64,000 bases of DNA. It comes from Auanema rhodensis. Lineage: Eukaryota; Animalia; Nematoda. This document shows positions 56,101 to 64,000 of this stretch, one piece after another (within the stretch, counting starts at the first letter, position 1; each line of letters begins with the position of its first letter). A program made the translations under genes and the position numbers. Below the pieces are notes generated by a model. The model had not been told where the DNA came from and ran no database searches. It worked only from the letters and a program-made list of their open reading frames with translations. The stretch is taken from positions 86,823-150,822 of the forward strand of contig CAXKVF010000090.1 in NCBI GenBank assembly GCA_964057225.1, written 5' to 3'.

Positions 56101-59100
56101 GAAAGATAAAGAGATGCGGTTTTCAAAATTAGATTCCCCATGTCCATATTAGTCTAAAAACAAATTTTTATTGATATTGGTTCATGGTAACCATGACTTT
56201 GAAATTTACGTTAACTTTAATTTATGCTAATTAAATGTACACGTGATGTGCACTTGGTATGTAACTCGCTTCACGTGAAAGATAAAGAGATGCGGTTTTC
56301 AAAATTAGATTCCCCATGTCCATATTAGTCTAAAAACAAATTTTTATTGATATTGGTGCATGGTAACCATGACTTTGAAATTTACGTGAACTTTAATTTA
56401 TGCTAATTAAATGTACACGTGATGTGCACTTGGTATGTAACTCGCTTCACGTGAAAGATAAAGAAATGCGGTTTTCAAAATTAGATTCCTCATGTCCATA
56501 TTAGTCTAAAAACAAATTTTTATTGATATTGGTTCATGGTAACCATGACTTTGAAATTTACGTGAACTTTAATTTATGCTAATTAAATGTACACGTGATG
56601 TGCACTTGGTATGTAACTCGCTTCACGTGAAAGATAAAGAGATGCGGTTTTCAAAATTAGATTCCCCATGTCCATATTAGTCTAAAAACAAATTTTTATT
56701 GATATTGGTTCATGGTAACCATGACTTTGAAATTTACGTGAACTTTAATTTATGCTAATTAAATGTACACGTGATGTGCACTTGGTATGTAACTCGCTTC
56801 ACGTGAAAGATAAAGAGATGCGGTTTTTAAAATTAGATTCCCCATGTCCATATTAGTCTAAAAACAAATTTTTATTGATATTGGTTCATGGTAACCATGA
56901 CTTTGAAATTTACGTGAACTTTAATTTATGCTAATTAAATGTACACGTGATGTGCACTTGGTATGTAACTCGCTTCACGTGAAAGATAAAGAGATGCGGT
57001 TTTCAAAATTAGATTCCCCATGTCCATATTAGTCTAAAAACAAATTTTAATTGATATTGGTGCATGGTAACCATGACTTTGAAATTTACGTGAACTTTAA
57101 TTTATGCTAATTAAATGTACACGTGATGTGCACTTGGTATGTAACTCGCTTCACGTGAAAGATAAAGAAATGCGGTTTTCAAAATTAGATTCCCCATGTC
57201 CATATTAGTCTAAAAACAAATTTTTATTGATATTGGTTCATGGTAACCATGACTTTGAAATTTACGTGAACTTTAATTTATGCTAATTAAATGTACACGT
57301 GATGTGCACTTGGTATGTAACTCGCTTCACGTGAAAGATAAAGAGATGCGGTTTTCAAAATTAGATTCCCCATGTCCATATTAGTCTAAAAACAAATTTT
57401 TATTGATATTGGTTCATGGTAACCATGACTTTGAAATTTACGTGAACTTTAATTTATGCTAATTAAATGTACACGTGATGTGCACTTGGTATGTAACTCG
57501 CTTCACGTGAAAGATAAAGAAATGCGGTTTTCAAAATTAGATTCCCCATGTCCATATTAGTCTAAAAACAAATTTTTATTGATATTGGTTCATGGTAACC
57601 ATGACTTTGAAATTTACGTGAACTTTAATTTATGCTAATTAAATGTACACGTGATGTGCACTTGGTATGTAACTCGCTTCACGTGAAAGATAAAGAGATG
57701 CGGTTTTCAAAATTAGATTCCCCATGTCCATATTAGTCTAAAAACAAATTTTTATTGATATTGGTTCATGGTAACCATGACTTTGAAATTTACGTTAACT
57801 TTAATTTATGCTAATTAAATGTACACGTGATGTGCACTTGGTATGTAACTCGCTTCACGTGAAAGATAAAGAGATGCGGTTTTCAAAATTAGATTCCCCA
57901 TGTCCATATTAGTCTAAAAACAAATTTTTATTGATATTGGTGCATGGTAACCATGACTTTGAAATTTACGTGAACTTTAATTTATGCTAATTAAATGTAC
58001 ACGTGATGTGCACTTGGTATGTAACTCGCTTCACGTGAAAGATAAAGAAATGCGGTTTTCAAAATTAGATTCCTCATGTCCATATTAGTCTAAAAACAAA
58101 TTTTTATTGATATTGGTTCATGGTAACCATGACTTTGAAATTTACGTGAACTTTAATTTATGCTAATTAAATGTACACGTGATGTGCACTTGGTATGTAA
58201 CTCGCTTCACGTGAAAGATAAAGAGATGCGGTTTCAAAATTAGATTCCCCATGTCCATATTAGTCTAAAAACAAATTTTTATTGATATTGGTTCATGGTA
58301 ACCATGACTTTGAAATTTACGTGAACTTTAATTTATGCTAATTAAATGTACACGTGATGTGCACTTGGTATGTAACTCGCTTCACGTGAAAGATAAAGAG
58401 ATGCGGTTTTTAAAATTAGATTCCCCATGTCCATATTAGTCTAAAAACAAATTTTTATTGATATTGGTTCATGGTAACCATGACTTTGAAATTTACGTGA
58501 ACTTTAATTTATGCTAATTAAATGTACACGTGATGTGCACTTGGTATGTAACTCGCTTCACGTGAAAGATAAAGAGATGCGGTTTTCAAAATTAGATTCC
58601 CCATGTCCATATTAGTCTAAAAACAAATTTTTATTGATATTGGTTCATGGTAACCATGACTTTGAAATTTACGTTAACTTTAATTTATGCTAATTAAATG
58701 TACACGTGATGTGCACTTGGTATGTAACTCGCTTCACGTGAAAGATAAAGAGATGCGGTTTTCAAAATTAGATTCCCCATGTCCATATTAGTCTAAAAAC
58801 AAATTTTTATTGATATTGGTGCATGGTAACCATGACTTTGAAATTTACGTGAACTTTAATTTATGCTAATTAAATGTACACGTGATGTGCACTTGGTATG
58901 TAACTCGCTTCACGTGAAAGATAAAGAAATGCGGTTTTCAAAATTAGATTCCTCATGTCCATATTAGTCTAAAAACAAATTTTTATTGATATTGGTTCAT
59001 GGTAACCATGACTTTGAAATTTACGTGAACTTTAATTTATGCTAATTAAATGTACACGTGATGTGCACTTGGTATGTAACTCGCTTCACGTGAAAGATAA

Positions 59101-62100
59101 AGAGATGCGGTTTTCAAAATTAGATTCCCCATGTCCATATTAGTCTAAAAACAAATTTTTATTGATATTGGTTCATGGTAACCATGACTTTGAAATTTAC
59201 GTGAACTTTAATTTATGCTAATTAAATGTACACGTGATGTGCACTTGGTATGTAACTCGCTTCACGTGAAAGATAAAGAGATGCGGTTTTAAAATTAGAT
59301 TCCCCATGTCCATATTAGTCTAAAAACAAATTTTTATTGATATTGGTTCATGGTAACCATGACTTTGAAATTTACGTGAACTTTAATTTATGCTAATTAA
59401 ATGTACACGTGATGTGCACTTGGTATGTAACTCGCTTCACGTGAAAGATAAAGAGATGCGGTTTTCAAAATTAGATTCCCCATGTCCATATTAGTCTAAA
59501 AACAAATTTTAATTGATATTGGTGCATGGTAACCATGACTTTGAAATTTACGTGAACTTTAATTTATGCTAATTAAATGTACACGTGATGTGCACTTGGT
59601 ATGTAACTCGCTTCACGTGAAAGATAAAGAAATGCGGTTTTCAAAATTAGATTCCCCATGTCCATATTAGTCTAAAAACAAATTTTTATTGATATTGGTT
59701 CATGGTAACCATGACTTTGAAATTTACGTGAACTTTAATTTATGCTAATTAAATGTACACGTGATGTGCACTTGGTATGTAACTCGCTTCACGTGAAAGA
59801 TAAAGAGATGCGGTTTTCAAAATTAGATTCCCCATGTCCATATTAGTCTAAAAACAAATTTTTATTGATATTGGTTCATGGTAACCATGACTTTGAAATT
59901 TACGTGAACTTTAATTTATGCTAATTAAATGTACACGTGATGTGCACTTGGTATGTAACTCGCTTCACGTGAAAGATAAAGAGATGCGGTTTTCAAAATT
60001 AGATTCCCCATGTCCATATTAGTCTAAAAACAAATTTTTATTGATATTGGTTCATGGTAACCATGACTTTGAAATTTACGTGAACTTTAATTTATGCTAA
60101 TTAAATGTACACGTGATGTGCACTTGGTATGTAACTCGCTTCACGTGAAAGATAAAGAGATGCGGTTTTCAAAATTAGATTCCCCATGTCCATATTAGTC
60201 TAAAAACAAATTTTTATTGATATTGGTTCATGGTAACCATGACTTTGAAATTTACGTGAACTTTAATTTATGCTAATTAAATGTACACGTGATGTGCACT
60301 TGGTATGTAACTCGCTTCACGTGAAAGATAAAGAGATGCGGTTTTCAAAATTAGATTCCCCATGTCCATATTAGTCTAAAAACAAATTTTTATTGATATT
60401 GCTTCATGGTAACCATGACTTTGAAATTTACGTGAACTTTAATTTATGCTAATTAAATGTACACGTGATGTGCACTTGGTATGTAACTCGCTTCACGTGA
60501 AAGATAAAGAGATGCGGTTTTCAAAATTAGATTCCCCATGTCCATATTAGTCTAAAAACAAATTTTTATTGATATTGGTTCATGGTAACCATGACTTTGA
60601 AATTTACGTGAACTTTAATTTATGCTAATTAAATGTACACGTGATGTGCACTTGGTATGTAACTCGCTTCACGTGAAAGATAAAGAGATGCGGTTTTCAA
60701 AATTAGATTCCCCATGTCCATATTAGTCTAAAAACAGATTTTTATTGATATTGGTTCATGGTAACCATGACTTTGAAATTTACGTGAACTTTAATTTATG
60801 CTAATTAAATGTACACGTGATGTGCACTTGGTATGTAACTCGCTTCACGTGAAAGATAAAGAGATGCGGTTTTCAAAATTAGATTCCCCATGTCCATATT
60901 AGTCTAAAAACAAATTTTTATTGATATTGGTTCATGGTAACCATGACTTTGAAATTTACGTGAACTTTAATTTATGCTAATTAAATGTACACGTGATGTG
61001 CACTTGGTATGTAACTCGCTTCACGTGAAAGATAAAGAGATGCGGTTTTCAAAATTAGATTCCCCATGTCCATATTAGTCTAAAAACAAATTTTTATTGA
61101 TATTGGTTCATGGTAACCATGACTTTGAAATTTACGTGAACTTTAATTTATGCTAATTAAATGTACACGTGATGTGCACTTGGTATGTAACTCGCTTCAC
61201 GTGAAAGATAAAGAGATGCGGTTTTCAAAATTAGATTCCCCATGTCCATATTAGTCTAAAAACAAATTTTTATTGATATTGGTTCATGGTAACCATGACT
61301 TTGAAATTTACGTGAACTTTAATTTATGCTAATTAAATGTACACGTGATGTGCACTTGGTATGTAACTCGCTTCACGTGAAAGATAAAGAGATGCGGTTT
61401 TCAAATTAGATTCCCCATGTCCATATTAGTCTAAAAACAAATTTTTATTGATATTGGTTCATGGTAACCATGACTTTGAAATTTACGTGAACTTTAATTT
61501 ATGCTAATTAAATGTACACGTGATGTGCACTTGGTATGTAACTCGCTTCACGTGAGAGATAAAGAGATGCGGTTTTCAAAATTAGATTCCCCATGTCCAT
61601 ATTAGTCTGAAAACAAATTTTTATTGATATTGGTTTATGGTAACCATGACTTTGAAATTTACGTGAACTTTAATTTATGCTAATTAAATGTACACGTGAT
61701 GTGCACTTGGTATGTAACTCGCTTCACGTGAAAGATAAAGAAATGCGGTTTTCAAAATTAGATTCCCCATGTCCATATTAGTCTAAAAACAAATTTTTAT
61801 TGATATTGGTTCATGGTAACCATGACTTTGAAATTTACGTGAACTTTAATTTATGCTAATTAAATGTACACGTGATGTGCACTTGGTATGTAACTCGCTT
61901 CACGTGAAAGATAAAGAGATGCGGTTTTCAAAATTAGATTCCCCATGTCCATATTAGTCTAAAAACAAATTTTTATTGATATTGGTTCATGGTAACCATG
62001 ACTTTGAAATTTACGTGAACTTTAATTTATGCTAATTAAATGTACACGTGATGTGCACTTGGTATGTAACTCGCTTCACGTGAAAGATAAAGAGATGCGG

Positions 62101-64000
62101 TTTTAAAATTAGATTCCCCATGTCCATATTAGTCTAAAAACAAATTTTTATTGATATTGGTTCATGGTAACCATGACTTTGAAATTTACGTGAACTTTAA
62201 TTTATGCTAATTAAATGTACACGTGATGTGCACTTGGTATGTAACTCGCTTCACGTGAAAGATAAAGAGATGCGGTTTTCAAAATTAGATTCCCCATGTC
62301 CATATTAGTCTAAAAACAAATTTTTATTGATATTGGTGCATGGTAACCATGACTTTGAAATTTACGTGAACTTTAATTTATGCTAATTAAATGTACACGT
62401 GATGTGCACTTGGTATGTAACTCGCTTCACGTGAAAGATAAAGAAATGCGGTTTTCAAAATTAGATTCCCCATGTCCATATTAGTCTAAAAACAAATTTT
62501 TATTGATATTGGTTCATGGTAACCATGACTTTGAAATTTACGTGAACTTTAATTTATGCTAATTAAATGTACACGTGATGTGCACTTGGTATGTAACTCG
62601 CTTCACGTGAAAGATAAAGAGATGCGGTTTTCAAAATTAGATTCCCCATGTCCATATTAGTCTAAAAACAAATTTTTATTGATATTGGTTCATGGTAACC
62701 ATGACTTTGAAATTTACGTGAACTTTAATTTATGCTAATTAAATGTACACGTGATGTGCACTTGGTATGTAACTCGCTTCACGTGAAAGATAAAGAGATG
62801 CGGTTTTCAAAATTAGATTCCCCATGTCCATATTAGTCTAAAAACAAATTTTTATTCATATTGGTTCATAGTAACCATGACTTTGAAATTTACGTGAACT
62901 TTAATTTATGCTAATTAAATGTACACGTGATGTGCACTTGGTATGTAACTCGCTTCACGTGAAAGATAAAGAGATGCGGTTTTCAAAATTAGATTCCCCA
63001 TGTCCATATTAGTCTAAAAACAAATTTTTATTGATATTGCTTCATGGTAACCATGACTTTGAAATTTACGTGAACTTTAATTTATGCTAATTAAATGTAC
63101 ACGTGATGTGCACTTGGTATGTAACTCGCTTCACGTGAAAGATAAAGAGATGCGGTTTTCAAAATTAGATTCCCCATGTCCATATTAGTCTAAAAACAAA
63201 TTTTTATTGATATTGGTGCATGGTAACCATGACTTTGAAATTTACGTGAACTTTAATTTATGCTAATTAAATGTACACGTGATGTGCACTTGGTATGTAA
63301 CTCGCTTCACGTGAAAGATAAAGAAATGCGGTTTTCAAAATTAGATTCCCCATGTCCATATTAGTCTAAAAACAAATTTTTATTGATATTGGTTCATGGT
63401 AACCATGACTTTGAAATTTACGTGAACTTTAATTTATGCTAATTAAATGTACACGTGATGTGCACTTGGTATGTAACTCGCTTCACGTGAAAGATAAAGA
63501 GATGCGGTTTTCAAAATTAGATTCCCCATGTCCATATTAGTCTAAAAACAAATTTTTATTGATATTGGTTCATGGTAACCATGACTTTGAAATTTACGTG
63601 AACTTTAATTTATGCTAATTAAATGTACACGTGATGTGCACTTGGTATGTAACTCGCTTCACGTGAAAGATAAAGAGAAGCGGTTCTCAAAATTAGATTC
63701 CCCTTGTCCATATTAGTCTAAAAACAAATTTTTATTGATATTGGTTCATGGTAACCATGACTTTGAAATTTACGTGAACTTTAATTTATGCTAATTAAAT
63801 GTACACGTGATGTGCACTTGGTATGTAACTCGCTTCACGTGAAAGATAAAGAAATGCGGTTTTCAAAATTAGATTCCCCATGTCCATATTAGTCTAAAAA
63901 CAAATTTTTATTGATATTGGTTCATGGTAACCATGACTTTGAAATTTACGTGAACTTTAATTTATGCTAATTAAATGTACACGTGATGTGCACTTGGTAT

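Larger units (their letters stand above)
1..64000. repeat. Tandem satellite DNA array, 176-bp monomer, about 363.7 copies, highly homogeneous, candidate centromeric/pericentromeric satellite
   Basis: TCCATATTA recurs at 1, 177, 353 ... 2641 (15 x 176 + 1). The phase holds across the window apart from six 1-bp deletions (about 25145, 52266, 58233, 59289, 61404, 62103). I saw no non-satellite sequence or inversion. The centromeric role is inferred only from the nucleosome-scale unit, AT-richness and homogeneity. Confidence 0.99.

Noticed and set aside
1-64000. CRISPR array
   Set aside because: Units are contiguous and near-identical over their full 176 bp, with no unique spacers and no cas genes.
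1-64000. Synthetic concatemer or rolling-circle/sequencing artefact
   Set aside because: Shared variants form nested, collinear haplotype blocks and regional domains, as expected from evolved genomic arrays and not from copies of one template with random errors.

Overview
The whole 64,000-bp window is one uninterrupted head-to-tail tandem array of a 176-bp AT-rich monomer (about 32% GC, about 363.7 copies, single orientation, running off both ends). Consensus, phased to position 1: TCCATATTAGTCTAAAAACAAATTTTTATTGATATTGGTTCATGGTAACCATGACTTTGAAATTTACGTGAACTTTAATTTATGCTAATTAAATGTACACGTGATGTGCACTTGGTATGTAACTCGCTTCACGTGAAAGATAAAGAGATGCGGTTTTCAAAATTAGATTCCCCATG. Most copies differ from it by 0-3 bases. 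This is the architecture of a eukaryotic, probably centromeric or pericentromeric, satellite; I do not recognise the family or species. I see no genes, RNA genes, transposons or CRISPR array, and the single ORF is a chance read-through. The information lies in (i) the monomer, which is dense in palindromes and has three ACGTGA cores 32-33 bp apart, and (ii) the order of rare variants, which records local, nested block duplications (periods of 5, 7, 8, 9, 11, 12, 16, 22, 35, 39 and 76 monomers) and regional variant domains rather than one fixed higher-order repeat. Variants were read by eye, so some may be missed. Notation such as G40 means base G at monomer position 40.
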